Assembly: GCA_002269645.1 (NCBI GenBank)
Contig: NIVC01000688.1
Coordinates: 6,692 to 70,691, forward strand
DNA from: Macrostomum lignano
Lineage: Eukaryota
DNA: 64,000 nucleotides
Direction of reading: 5' to 3'
Shown: positions 1 through 19,588 of the stretch, one piece after another
How positions within the stretch are numbered: position 1 is the first letter of the stretch
Layout of the letters: every line of letters begins with the position of its first letter
The notes under the pieces: generated by a model
The model's input: the letters and a program-made list of their open reading frames with translations, nothing else
Told to the model about the DNA's origin: nothing
The model's database searches: none
Made by a program: the position numbers and the translations under genes

Positions 1-2895
1 CCAGATATTAATCTAATTAATATGCAAAGTGTGCATGGTGAAAATGTTCGATCCGATTTTTAATCTGCTGTATTTTCAAATGTCCACCACGTAGAAAATA
101 AAGATCTGTCCTAAATTAAATCTTTTTGATGCCCAGCCAGAAAGTGTCGAAATACGAAGTACCAGCAAATTTACAAAAATAATCCTTGTGAGTATTTTCA
201 AACTTTTTTGAAAGAGGCCTCCAACAGTGACTCATTGGCCGAGAGCTGTCTCTCACTCTCGTCTTTAATGTTGCTCAATTTGACTCGCTTTTAGCGCTCT
301 GCTTCCCACAGCAAATGCATTTTTCACTGGGTATCGGGAATCTTTTGCATGGAAAAAGTTCTATATTGGTTTAGCCTGTGTCAAATTCCTGTCAATTCGA
401 GCCGTGTTTGCATTATTCCGGCTTTTAGCTGGGAAAACACCAAAGCGTGAATTTTAGTTAAAATGAGCTGATAGAAATTTGAATTTTAGATTTCTAGAAT
501 ACGTGGCATTTAGAGTTTAATGGCATTGAATGGCTCTCTAAATAGAAAATACGACTCTACGCTTATATGCGACACTGGGACTGTTTGAGTAGAAATTTGC
601 AGTAGAAAAATTTCACATCTTCACAGATGGCTTCAGCTGGCACCTGGAAGCACAGTTTGACTTAGTGGACTCGTCTGGTTCTTGGTTGGTGCCCCTATCC
701 CTTTCTATTAGGCCGATGGATGCTAAACCTCCAAGAGGTGGCAAAAGCTGGGCTCATATCAGTTGTTGAGCAAAGAAAATGAGAATACGTGTTGCATGGT
801 AGTTATGAATTGCTTCTTTTGGAATAGGCCTGCTCGCTCTGTTACATTTTTTGTTCTTTTTGTCTTCTGCTACCACAAGCCTCTTTTTCCGCCTTACCGT
901 TGCTTGCATCTTTCTCCCATACAGTCTCACGAGACAGCCCTGAAGTGAAGTTCTCTTGATTTACAAGGCAAACCCTTACTTGCTGCTTCGAAATATTGCT
1001 TCTCACAGTAAAAAGTGCTAAATTTGTTCATTTTCTACTGACAGTAGCAGTCTAGGGGAATTGGAGTAGTATTCATAAAAATCGCAAATCATCGAATAAT
1101 TTTTTATGATGTGGCATATTAGTTTGTTAGCTTGCAGTAGGGCAGCAAATCAATGCGTTACTTCCATTCCGCTGACCCAGGAGCACACAGATAAGTATGC
1201 AGGCACACACTCGCACCGGGTGTCTGGGCTCAAATTTTTTCGGCAATACGAGACTTTACTTAATGTGACTGCACACGGTATCAAACACAGGGTTATTGTG
1301 ACCACTTATTGTCAGACGCCTCCTAAATCCCAGCCAGGTCGAAAACACATCTCGTAGTGTTCAATTCTTAAGTTGATCTTCTCTTGAAGCTCTGAGCGCT
1401 GAGATAAATGCTATAAATTCTTGTTTGTCGACTTATCGCGGCACTACACAGCCTATTCACCGGCTGGCTGCAGAGTGGCAGCCATCCATGACGACCTTGT
1501 CCAGTGCAGTACCTGCCAAAGCATAGTTGGATAGACTGAGAGAGCTTTGGGAGGCCAAATCGTATTGAGGGGCTGTGTTGTTGTGTATTAGTTACGAGTT
1601 GCTTATTCCCAAGCCGCTACTTCACTCTGAGCGGGAGCGAGCCTGCCTGCTATAGCTATCTGCCTGGCATTGGCATTCCATTGTCTCTCCCTTAGCCCCC
1701 GTCCCCATCGCGTAGCGTCGGCCTCGCCTGCAGCTGCAACAGGTTGGCATGGCAACAAACAAAGCATCACTCTGGGGGCCCGACGAGCGCTGGAATAGCT
1801 GGAGGAGCAGTTTAGAAGGCATCCCCATCTCCGCCTCTTCAATCCACCTTCTGCACATCAGTTGTTCGTATCGTCTAATTGAGTTTTTAGCAATATTTTT
1901 AGCGTCGCTGTGGGGAGGATGGGGGAGGCAGGCAGGCAGTCAGGTAGGCGGGTTGAAGCTGGGGCTGCAGCAGATAACTCCCCATCCCTATCCTCCCAGT
2001 GCATTATGCAGATCCCAGAAAGGGAAAAAGACAGACTTTCTGCTACTGCTATTCAACACTGGGCTAGGATCTGATATGTACTTTTCGGGACAGAATCTTT
2101 CCTATTTACAAGTAGTTCTGCTTTTTCAAGATGCTACAAATGATGCGGCTGCTTATGGATCAGAAATTCAGATTAAATGTGCAGCTGATTACAGAAAGCC
2201 TCTCACAAATCCATGATCATCATTTTGAAAGCTAAAAATTGTTTGGGCAGCGCAGCAACAACTGCTTCCTGTAGCTCGGGTGAATTGAGCATAGCGTTGC
2301 AGACAATGCTCAACAATATATTTTTGCCTTGCTCATCGAAGGACCACTTAAAAACTCAAAAAATCATTTGAACGCCCGATTTTGTTTCACAATGCGTAAG
2401 AGAGACAGAACGTTTTTCGTTACTAAATTTGTTGGTTCCTTCCTGAATCTCACAAAAGTTTGCAGGTCCCGAAATCAACTTTTGCCAACTAGCAATGGTG
2501 AAATGGTTGCTACATGTTTTTATGAATAACTATCGTTTGAAGACTGTCTGTGTTACAGCCCAATTTGATGCTACAAAAGGATTAAAATGCACACAGTGTT
2601 TTTGCCAGTAATCCAGTCCCTAACAGGATCGTGTCGAAATTGAATTTCAATAGACACTTTTACGAAGTAATCGACTTCCCTTTGAAAACACGCCAGCTAA
2701 CGTAAAGTTTGCAAACGTAGCAGCTAAGAAATTGTAAAGTTCGAGCCGTAAATCTGAACAACTGTCTTGCTAATGCGTTTTGATGCGACAGTGGTGTGGC
2801 TTCAAGCAAGTTTCCATAATATTAAAGCTCCAATTCATGTACTGACAGTTTCCTGTGTGTGTTTCGGTCACGCATCAATGCGGCGAATTCTGGCA

Positions 2896-5010
2896 TCAAT
2901 CGTTGACGATAATCTTCCTTCCACCGGGTGTCAGCGAGACAGAAGACCGCCTCGTCCGATTCGATCGAGTTCGATTTCCACCGCCGTGCCGTCCAGCCGC
3001 GTCCTCGTCGCTGCCGCTGTCCGAATCGCTGCTGTCCGAATCGTCGCTATAGAAATCTTCCGGCTGGCTGATGCCCAGCTTCAGGCTGAGCCACATCAGC
3101 TTAGCCGTGAGCTCGTCCTGAATGAGATTCATGCACATTGACAGCATGGCCAGGCCAAAAACGCAGTACACGGCTCCAATTAGTAGTTCGATCACCACGC
3201 TGATCTGAAATCAAAGTCAGGTTTTGCTGCGTTCTCGCACCGAATAAATAAATGTACAGAAATCAGAGTCAAATGTACCGACATTGTCAAACGGTCCATT
3301 CCTTCCGGGCACGTAGTCCCCAAAGCCGATGGTGCTCAGAGTGATAAAAGAGAAGTAAGTGCCTTCAACGATGCTCCACTCAGTTTCCCAGATGCGGAAA
3401 ACGGCAGCGCCGAGTAGGATGTAGAGAATCAACAGCAACAAAGTGATCGTGATGGGAATGTTCACCACGCCGTCGTCATAGAAACCATCATCATCGTCAT
3501 CGTCGTCAACTACAACGACCGAGCTGACCTGTTGAGAAAAATGAAGCTTATTTATGTATTGATTTAACTCAGTTTTTATAGGAGTGATGAAAAGATAGTA
3601 TACTGACGAAACGCTTGTAGAGTGTGAGCACCCTGGCGAAACGCCTTTGATGACGTCGCCCCCCTAAATTCTGAGCACATACACGCGCGCTAATACTGTA
3701 CGCAGGCACGCACTCATACACACGCTCACACAGGATGTAAAGCGGCCCTGACTTTCTAATCGTCACGCAAGTACTCTCTCTAGGTTTGAGCCTCATGAGT
3801 GTGAATTTCATGACAACTCATAATCGAACCCAGGATCGGACACGTTTACCGCTGAACTGCTCTGCCCCTTAAAACTAACCTTAGGAGGCGGCTGCTTCTC
3901 AGAGCTATCAGAAACCGTCCGAGCCATCTCTGCGTCCTTGCGCCTCTGCAGCTCAGCTTCCGCTAAACTCCTGCCAAAAGTGCTTTTAGTAATGAAGCAC
4001 TTGCAGCAGAAGATGTTGAGGTAGAAGCTGCGAAACAGCGTGGCAGTTGGGCCGCCGATTTTGGTGAGGAACAGCAGCATGAGCGGAATGCCGAGCACGG
4101 CGTAAATCATGCAGATCACTTGGCCCCACTTGGTAACTGGCGCAATGTGACCGTAGCCTGGAGTTTCGTATCGAATAATACCATAAATGAAGCTTCAATG
4201 CATAGTTTGTGTTATTAGTTGGTTTTCAGGGGTCGAAGCTGGGACTGCTTACGGGGGACAATCGGAAACAAAATCAAGAATCGAGATCAGCTGTACAGTG
4301 ACTTCGAACCCAAAATAACTACGGCAAAGGTTCGACTTCAAAGTTTAAAGCAAAGCTCTGTTCAAGGTTCTGTGCAGACTGTTTTTCATAAACCATGGTG
4401 AGCAGAACGACTCACCGATAGTGGTGATTATCGTAGCGCAGAAATAGATGCTATTCGGCAAAGCCCAGTTCGGCATGTTTTCAGCCTCCCCGATAGTGCT
4501 ACAGTTAACGCCGGGGTCGACTCCGAGGGTGTACACGTCCTCGGCGAAGGTTTGCAGCTCAGTGAGAATAGCACTCTTGGATAGGGACGCGTTGGCACCC
4601 TGGGCGATGTTGTAGACTCTGTCCACCGCTTCGTTGCGTTTGGATTCGTACTTGTCCGACTTAGTCTCGCAGGCCGAGATTTCGTTCACCACCTCAAGAT
4701 AGTTGAACAGAAAGCCGCCCATGGTCAGGTAGAGAACGATGAGAAAGAAAATTCCAAGGTGAGACAGGATCACCGTGAAGATTTGGTGAATGCAGCTGCG
4801 CCTGTTGGACGAACTTGATGCCTGACGACGCTTGGTCTCGGCTCGAATGTCGGACAGATTTGGAGACTGCTTGCCGCCGGCCGAAGCTCCGCTGACGAGC
4901 CCGGCGTTGCGCTGCTTCGATGATGGGCGCTCCGTGCCGCTGCCGCTGCCGCTTGCGCTGCCTGAGCAGAACTGGCTGAACTCGAAGTCGTAGCCGCCGT
5001 TGGCTGACAT
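2896..5010 (-). CDS. Two-pore-domain potassium channel (K2P, TWK/TRESK-like), paralog A; 4 exons 5010-4416, 4157-3880, 3528-3283, 3204-2896 (~475 aa)
   Basis: Joined exons give M1-cap-P1(TTIG|YG)-M2-long loop-M3-P2([13 protein letters not shown])-M4. All introns are GT-AG with phases 1,0,0. Exon lengths sum to 1428 nt, in frame. Confidence 0.93.
3709..3779. repeat. Dispersed repeat copy 1 (related copies at ~14978-15024 and ~23301-23375)
   Basis: Shared core CGCACTCAT.CACACGCTCACA.A.G.TGTA.AGCGGC....CTTTCTAATCGTCA.GC, seen at three unlinked positions. Confidence 0.7.
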
Positions 5011-6049
5011 AGGGAGGTAATTTCGCGCGAGTCGCTTAGCTTGGAGAAAAATCGCATCAGAAAATCAGGAATGCAGCGCTACGTCAGCGAGAATGGCGTT
5101 TTAAAAGCAATTTTTTGCTATTGTTTCGCTCAGTTCAATGATCTGATTTTCACTCGCAGCGAACTGCCGCCATTCAGACGGGGAAGTGGATGCATTGGAT
5201 TATTTTTTTCACACAGACGTACCAATAGAGACCGATAGTAAATATTTCCATCGAGTATTCAGCATCTATATGAGTCGATATTTCCCGTTTATAATCATCG
5301 AATTGAAGTGTCAGCTCAACTCGAAAGACGGTTATAGTGTTAATAGTAAAGTTTGAATCTTCGAAGCAGATTTTACGCCTGGTGTATTTTTGGATACAAA
5401 AATTTAATTGACACTTTAGGTTAGGTTAACTACAGACAAAATAGTAATTAAAGACACGGGCTGTCTTTGTTGGAAAAAAAATATAGATTTTCTGTCTTAT
5501 ATTCGATGATTTTCCATATAAGCAAAATTTCTTTCTACGTAGTTCAACACAAAAAATTGTAATTTGCAAAGTTGGAAAAAGACAATCATTTTAGGACAGT
5601 TTATGCGGCACTATTATACACTCAACAAGGTGGTAAAGTTTCCATCCCGGAACCAGCGGTCAATTTCTGTCAGTACCACGTCTGCAGTTCTCTTGTCAAC
5701 TGCGTGTGATGCAATTAGCGTCACAAGGCCCTGGCTTGGGCTGGTTAGAAGAGAACCGGAGAGTCATAGCTAGAGTTGGATTAAAGCTGCCACTCTCAGT
5801 CCTGATGAACTGGTATCGGGGTAGAAACTTTAACACGTTTCTAAGCGTATGCTCAAGTCGTTCTTGTACGGGTAGAATTTGGGACAATTTCATTACTTCA
5901 TGGAAATGTATGTGTTTTTTCCCCTGGAACGAGGAGAATTTCTACCGGTATGCAGAATCTCCGAGTTGAGAAGCTGAGCAGATGGTGTCAGAGATATTCT
6001 CCAAGATTAAAGGGAAAAATTAAATGTATCCGAAGCAAGCTGGGAGCGG

Positions 6050-6330
6050 AGAATAAGGAGGGTGCTGTCTATGGGAGCGGGGAGAATATGGAGAGTGCTG
6101 TCTATGGCAGCGGGGAGAATATGGAGAGTGCTGTCTATGGCAGTGGGGAGAATATGAAGAGTGCTGTCTATGGCAGTGGGAGAATGTGGAGAGTGCTGTC
6201 TATGGCAGTGGGGAGAATATGGAGAGTGCTGTCTATGGCAGCGGGGAATATGGAGAGTGCTGTCTATGGTAGTGGGGAAAATGGAGAGTGCTGTCTATGG
6301 CAGTGGGGAGAATATGGCGAGTGCTGTCAA
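6050..6330. repeat. 33-bp minisatellite (ATGGAGAGTGCTGTCTATGGCAGYGGGGAGAAT), ~8 copies, between K2P B and A
   Basis: Direct inspection. Confidence 0.9.
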
Positions 6331-6751
6331 TAGCAGAGGAGAATGCTTATTGAGATTCTCCGCTAGCAAAACACTAGCGGTACAGACAAGGGGTACAGGC
6401 AAGTGGGATGTATTTAAACAAAATAGCATAATAGCCTTCATATATGTAAGCAACCACTTACCTCGTACAAGCGTATTTCTGTTTTCCTATTAAAATTGTG
6501 CAGAAGAGAAACACTGTGGTATAATAAAGTTTGTTATAGTACATTTTCAAGGTGGTGCAATGGCAGTTTCGATAGTTCATTTAAGGTCAAATTCTGCTAT
6601 GATTAAGTCTACATCCAGTGGCTTGAACTCCACTTCGGGCATTCGTACCAGCTTAATTTAAAACTTAGGCTTATTTGTTTTAATAGAATTCTCATTTGTT
6701 TCAGAGTCTAACGCCACCGGATGCCACGCGCATTGTCTCAGAGCTATCGTC

Positions 6752-8730
<1,979 letters not shown>

Positions 8731-9385
8731 GTCAGCTGGAAATGCTCAATGATTTCTGCTACTAGACAGAAGGTTGGTCACCAGGAGGCCAGAGCTTATC
8801 GGATCACAAAAATACAAGTCCCGTGATGGGGCGGCTTCCGATGTCCGTCTGTGCAAATTTGCTCCGGCGGAATAGACAAAGCCCCATTGGTCAAGTAAAG
8901 TGTGGGCTGAATGAAAACTGACCGGATACCTGCGAAGTGATGAGGAGGATAATCATAAACTCATTTGTCCTGGCTGGCTGCGCCCTCGCTCTGCCTCTCG
9001 CATCCCCCCTCTGCTGTGTCCCATTGTCCCCCTCCAAGAGCTCAATATGGAATATTATTTCATGCGGCATGGCAACAGGTAAGCAGGGATGGGAATTGGG
9101 GTTGCTGTTGGGCTTTGGGGAGGTCCGTCGCCGTCAGTTGGTCAGTATCTCTGGGCCCGGGCAATTCTGTTGTTGCAACAGTTTGTAGGAGTTATCTTTT
9201 AGGTAGAGGGGGAGGTATGAACCTTGTTAATGAATAATCAACAAGCAGATCTACCCTTCCGAATGGAATGAAGAGGGGAAGAGATATTGCCTTCCGCTCG
9301 TAGCGAGGTAGCTAGCGTATCCATAGTCGGCCATGCCTCTGACTTCATGGAGTCATCGCTTACGGAAAAAATCTGTGAAAATAGG

Positions 9386-9706
<321 letters not shown>

Positions 9707-10509
9707 GTCTTGAACAAAGAAAGTTAACAAAAGCAATTTTTATCCGCTAATGGTTTCGAAAAATTGTAGGCAGCGCTGAAATAGGACAGTCTATTTACTT
9801 TCGTTACAGTAAAAACGGGCATCGGAGAATCAATGATGAATTAAGAAAGGCGCGCATAGGTTGACTCGACAGAGAGATGCAAATGGGCAGAGAAGGCAAG
9901 CCTAAATCACCAAATACTCGGTTCAATTATTTTTTTCATTAATTTTTTTAATTAAAATGATTGCTTGTTGTCATTAAAAAAACTCGAGTCTTTATTGGGT
10001 AGAGCAGGCCGTATAAACCGGATTTTCTACGAACGATGAAGCAATATCAGGCCAGTGCAGATTGACGAGAAGCTATTGGGAAAAAACAAGGTTTAAATAT
10101 CAAGACAAGACTTAGCAAGGCTCAAGAGACCTCTCAGGTAGCATCACAGTGAACAGATAGAAATATCATACATTATAAATAAACCATATTTGTTAAAAAA
10201 AACTGTATCAATCGTTAGCGTAGTATAGTTCGATCCAAAGTTTGATGCCACTTGTACAGAAAAGGCATGACACTTGACAGCTCTGAAGCCTGAATATCGT
10301 CAGCCAAAAAGGAAATCATTCTTCAGATTTACATTTAATAAAATAGATTTTTTTCCAAATATAAATATTCACTGTAAAACTAAAGTTTGTTCAAGTAGAA
10401 GCTTCGATCCTCTTTACCTTTCAGTAATAGCGTTTGTCTTTCGCTCGAATAGTAAGTAAATAATAACCATGTGTTTCTGTCTTACAGAATAAAACTCCAC
10501 AGCTCAAAC

Positions 10510-14027
<3,518 letters not shown>

Positions 14028-15175
14028 TTTTGTCCCCTAAACCTTAAAGAGGATAACGACAGTAAAACAAGTTGACAGCGTCGAAAGGCGGACTTTTAAA
14101 AAATTGAAACTTGATGTGAAAAAATCGTGTAAAAAAACATGAGCACGATTCCTACGATGTGAGACTTTGAGCTTGTAAATTATTCCAGCTTGTGAATGAT
14201 TAAACTAATTTTATACGATTCAGAGTAGCTTTAAAAAAAAGACTATTTACATACCGTTTACCGAACGCAAATGAACAATCTGTGAAAAAGAGAGTTCGCA
14301 AAGAAAGAAGCTATCAATGCTTCGAAGTTCAAGGTATGTTTCAGCTAATAGTGGAAATCCTGGGATCCCACAGGTTGGCAGAGAGCAATAAATCCGCTCC
14401 GAGCAGCAAAAGAAGCCAGAGAGAAAGAATTGAGGAGCAGAAACTCCCTGTCTGGCTCGCCAATCTGAAGACGGACGAGTTGGGGAGGAGCTGCCACCAC
14501 AAATTGGGATGCAGCTTCCACTGGAGATTTCTCTCCCATTCGCTCTTTGCTGAACAACGAGATGAGACTTTTTTGTCCACCCCCTCAGAGATTCCAAAGC
14601 CCAGCCTATCGATTAGGGAGGCTTTCTTTTTTTCTAACCAAACAAATCTGGAACCATGGCTATGCCTGATGTGCGCTTCCACCATCAATGAAAGCAATCG
14701 TTGAACTGCAGTAACAATTCTTTCTCTATTATCGAAATTATGGAGTATTGTGTTGCAACAAAGCTTGTCAAGTGAGCTCGCTCATTTTGGAACTATCCTA
14801 TTTACTATGACCGTAAAAAAGAATAATTAGCAATTGAAAATGTAATAATTTGCAGGAGGTTTGTAAGCAGCGCCTTCGGCGACATCGTCCCACGAACAGC
14901 CCCGAGGGGATTCTGACCAGTTCGCTGACTTCTGAGGGCGCTCATAAATACATGCATGAAGGCATGCAATTATACAAACGCTCACAAAGGGTGTAAAGCG
15001 GCCCGAACTTTCTAATCTCGACGCGTTTACCTACCTCCAACCTCTGAGTCAAGTTTGATTAGATTGCTGTTACGTCAGCTATTAGCCTAACGCTCCTTTT
15101 TGGGGCACTAGATAATGCTAGATAAATGACCTTTTTATGGTACCAAATATGGTTTAGTAAGATGTACCCATTAGT

Positions 15176-15390
15176 GGGTTGTAGCCTAGTGGTTAGAGCG
15201 TCCGACTCACGACTGAAAGGTCGGGGGTTCGATTCTCGACCCACTCGGAACAATTTGTGCCCTTGACCAATACGCTTAACTCTGCATTGCTTCAGTTCAC
15301 CCAGCTGTAAAATGAATCCCAGCATTAGCTGCGGTAATTTAGCTGTCGGTTGCATATCTGGCCCAGTTGGGGCTTGTGTAATCGATCATT
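15176..15390 (+). mobile_element. tRNA-derived SINE, copy 1
   Basis: Pol III A box (TAGCCTAGTGG) and B box (GGTTCGATTC), then a CORE/MIR-like segment (CCCTTG..CTTAAC..CAGTTCACCCAGCTGTAAAATG). A second diverged copy lies at 21739. Confidence 0.85.
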
Positions 15391-16532
15391 ATTATTTTTG
15401 CTATACCAATTAAGGACTTTGGGCAGATTTTTACAGATATAGTGAGTCCAATATAACAATACGCCAGACGCGGATTGGGCTGGTGTCCTGCCATCAGCAC
15501 AATGGATGCAAGAGGTAAATCTACTCAGATGCTTCTCAAAGCGATTATATTGTAATTTCGCTGCCCTTTCTTAAACTGCACATCCATGATTAGCGTTTCC
15601 GCAGAAACTTTTTTAGATTTCCCTTGTTTAAAAAAATCATTTGATCAGACTGGATCTTTGAAGAACGCATTTTTCATGGATTTTCACCCTAGACAGAACA
15701 GTGGGCAAAAAATGGTGCACAAAAGTATAATATATCATGGATTACAGCACCGAATTACAGCAAATGTAATATCGCGTAACGATGCAAAGAGCAACAATAG
15801 CTTAGAAACAGAAGTAAGATTATGAGCACTATGCTAGTGAACCGATGGTTTCATTCCGATTAATCTAATTAACCAATAAAGTTGAAACGCGGTAGACTCA
15901 CTCAGCCAAGTTGAATGGGGGGACTATCCCGAGACTGCGGTGGGTCGGGGCCGCAGGCATTTCACAGATGAGCAATCCATGATACTCGTATATTTATGCA
16001 GCTCATTTTGTAGCTCTATGGGCTAAATTAGAGAGCACCACTTCCTGATAATTTAGCATAATGCAATGTGCAAATTAAATACGTAATAAATTGTCCATCA
16101 ATTTCAAAAGACAGAAAACAATCCTCCTATCAAGCTAGTTTTTAAAAAGAATTCTGCCACAACAGAGTAGAATTGCAGTGAGACTAGTACGGGGCAAATT
16201 TGACACACAGAAGTTCCGATGCGAACCAGCCCGCAGTGAGAGTCACAAGCGAGTAGCGGAAGCAGACAGGTGGAGGGCATCCCAACCCACCATCTCAGTA
16301 TTGCTGAGCCATCGATTTTTGCTTTGCAACAGCGCTCCGGAGTGGATTTGGTTGAATTGAAAGCGAAATTCGCAGTCCACAAATGAAGCTTGGCCTCACA
16401 AAGGCATTTATTGCTGTAGCTTCTCCCACTCTCTCCCTCTGAACAGTCTTCTGCTCCCCTTCCCGCTCAGCTGCAGACTTCCAGAGGCGCGCGCTTCTCG
16501 CATTTACAAGACAGCCAGGCCCCAATGCCCGA

Positions 16533-16547
16533 GTTGCCAGTGGCAAC
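16533..16547. promoter_or_regulatory. Palindromic RFX X-box-like motif GTTGCC-AGT-GGCAAC, ~2.5 kb upstream of the K2P C start codon
   Basis: Perfect inverted half-sites matching the RFX consensus GTTGCC-N(0-3)-GGCAAC; function not shown. Confidence 0.4.
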
Positions 16548-16924
16548 CGGGTATTGACGACGCTTTTGCAATTCACAGGCGAAGGCTCCGAGTGAGAAAC
16601 AGGCGGAGCCAGAGGGGCCAAAAGGAAGATACGGCATTGGGAGCAGATGGGAACGGGGATGGCGTGGGAGAATGAGCTGCTCGGAAACAATGCCTCAGCA
16701 GCATTGGCGGCTTTTTGCTTAGTGCAAACACTATGGATAGCGACACTGATATGGGAAGAAATTCCCAAAACTTCCTGGGCAGGGCAGTCTCTCTCTCTCT
16801 CTCTCTTTATTGAGAGTAAAAAAGTTCACAGGCTATAATTGATGCTGTTGCACTTGCAGCAGTGCGTGCACTTGTGTTTATCGACTGTGACTACAGAGTG
16901 AATGAGGCGAGAATGCTGTCTCAC

Positions 16925-17110
16925 CTCAGTCTCGAGTCTCCCCCCAGAGTCACTCCAAGACTCGAGTCTCCCCCCAGAGTCACTCCAAGACCCAAGTGTG
17001 ACACTAGAGTCACTCAAAGACTCAGGACTCACCCTATAGAGTGACTCTAAGACTTAAGCCGCAAATAAGAGTCACTCTAGAAGTCAAGTCGCATCCTAGA
17101 GTGACTTCAA
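16925..17110. repeat. Degenerate ~30-bp tandem repeat (GAGTCACTCCAAGACTCGAGTCTCCCCCCA)
   Basis: Two near-perfect copies plus decayed GAGTCACTC/GAGTGACT copies. Confidence 0.7.
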
Positions 17111-18379
17111 GACTACAAATGACTTCATTGACCCTGTGCAGATTACATGTAAGTCTATGAATTTTCACGTAGATGTATAACCGATAGAGTTGTATTAGTA
17201 AGATATGAGCATATACATTTGAATATTCGTAATAAAAAATCATTGCAAAAACACGCACGCACTACATTAAGATGCTGATACATCACCTCGGACACATAAT
17301 CTTCAGTTAAGCAGGTTTAATTTAATTGTGTAATTAACTGTGTAATTATTTTTCCTGTGTATTTAACTTTCGGTAAAGTGAATAATGTTATATTCAGTAC
17401 AATACGGATGCAAACTTTCATCATCACTGACTACTGCAAATGAGTAGTAAGCTGTTCGCATCGCTAATTGGACACATGCATACGCAACTTCAAATGTCCA
17501 GTATGAAACGTGGTGAAAAAAATGTTAAAAGTTCTTTTATTATATATAAAAAAGCACAGAAAGGTTTGTAGTTGAATATTCAAGTACGTGAATTAAATTA
17601 AATTTCCTAGAAAAGCAGGTTTAAAAATTACCACACAGCGGTAGGCTCATGTACATTGCGTTTTGCAAGCAATAAATGAACCGTTGCTTAAAAATTGGCT
17701 AAAGGCTATGAAATCAGAATATTTCTGGGTAAGGATAAACTTACAAATAAACCGGAGGCCGGTGAGTCACGTATATTTGTCGTGTCGCTGGTGCATTTAG
17801 TGTGCTCAATGGGAGAACGCACGGACGGGGCTGAATGGAGTTTTACCATAGACAGATTCAGTCTTAAATATATCCGACCTCTCGAAAGCATACTGGATGC
17901 ACCAGCGATACTACAAATACCGAATCATACTTCAGCTGTCCATGGGGTAAAAAATGGTTTGAATAAAATTCTCCGATAAAGCGATCGAATTATCTGAAAT
18001 TACAAAAGCGCTATAAATGATCAAAGGCATTGCAAAATAAATTATAAGGGATACGTAGGCAGCTAAAAAACTGCTATAGTATGATACACCGTGACTGTCA
18101 GACAGATCAGGCAAGAATTATAATATTTCTAATACTATTTAGTAATAACTAAAACCAAGTGAACTCTGTGCCCCGTCAGAAGAACGAGTATGCGGAGGTC
18201 AAAGTGAGAACAAGTCGACCAACAAATGACACAGCAGGAGAGAATGAAAGAAAGAAGAAGTCGTACCAACTGTTTTTTATGCTGACTTTTAAGTTAATCC
18301 GTTAACTGCGGCCGCTTAGCTTAATCTGTCACTTGCCTTGAGGGCTGACGGTTACTAAACCAAAATCGAAGCTCACATC

Positions 18380-19103
18380 CAGTGGCGCACAATGAATTAA
18401 GACCACCGAACACAAATTTGAACTTTCAATTTCATAACCTACACAGATTGCTGGAGCATTTTAATCTAATCAGGTATAGACAACCATGGTATCAATCAGT
18501 TAAATAAATGATGTGTTGGGTGACTACTTGCAATTGAGTGTGTTTGATTGGAGTCACTTGTCTCATTTTCGAATTTGACAAGCCACAGAGTAATAAAACC
18601 TGCTTCAGCAGGACAGCAATCCGAAGCACACATCCAAGGTTGTGAAGGCATGGCTTACAGAGAACAATACGCACCATGGACTGGCCAGCGCAGTCACCAG
18701 ATCTCAATCCGATTGAGAATCTGTGGAATATGGGTCGAGCGGGACATCCAGATGCAGCAGCCAGCTTCCTTGATCAGCTGTACCGTATCATTGAGGACTT
18801 GTGGGCTGCCATCCCGGCAGAAGTGGGCCAGAAGCTGGTGGATAGCATTCCTAGGCGGTGCAATGCTGTGATTTAATCAAAAGGCTATGCTACAAAGTAC
18901 TAAAGTAGTTTTTGGATATCAGTGGCATTTGCTTTACTTATTTCGAAAGTATTTAAAGATGGTCTTAATTCAATGGTAAATAAAGTAACACTTGTATTCC
19001 TACAAGTTTTACTGCCAATTTAATACTTGAATTTAGCTTAAAGACAAGTATGCCAAAATTAAAATAATTTTACTTTGTGGTCTTAATCCATTGTGCGCCA
19101 CGG
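18380..19103 (+). mobile_element. Internally deleted Tc1-family DNA transposon (724 bp)
   Basis: 27-bp TIRs (CAGTGGCGCACAATGAATTAAGACCAC, 25/27 match) with TA at the right end. Frameshifted transposase C-terminus: QQDSNPKHTSK...DWPAQSPDLNPIENLW...IPRRCNAVI*SKGYATKY. Confidence 0.93.
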
Positions 19104-19588
19104 TACTTTTTGAGCTTGTCAGGCGCTTTCTTAAAATATTATCCATCAGAATTTTCAGGTAGCATCACTAGTCAAGCTGTAGAAAGCTGTATCAAAATAG
19201 AGACAACATGGTTTCTGAGAACTCAGCAACAAGATCCTACAATAATCCGGTTTGGCTCGAGTTTTAAAAATTCAGAAGGCATGCACAGCTGAAGTAAAAG
19301 GACGCGAGACTCCAATTTCCTGGAAATCAGATGGATTACGCTAAGGAGCGCGTATTCTTCGTATCAATAGTGCATTCAGAAATCGCTGGAGAACGCGTAG
19401 GACTAAAAAGAGGTTTCGACATAGACAAGTTCGATCGAGAAAGATACGATTTTTCGAGAGCATTCTACTCTCATAAATGCACTAACGATACGACAGGATA
19501 GCACATTCCAGCCCATTTCTAAGAATATGCAGTGTAGCGTCCTGCTTTAGCTGTCCATGCAAAAAACAACAAAATCTTAACTTTGACT

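Noticed and set aside
14247-14704. Cluster of 70-140-aa ORFs upstream of K2P C
   Set aside because: No recognisable domain, no splice-linked context, and mutually overlapping frames.
15176-15250. Functional tRNA gene (also 21739-21810)
   Set aside because: A/B boxes are present, but there is no convincing acceptor stem or poly-T terminator, and the sequence continues into a shared SINE body.
17695-18114. Hydrophobic ORF fragment resembling a membrane protein or GPCR piece
   Set aside because: Only one hydrophobic stretch, stops nearby, and no family motif I can identify.
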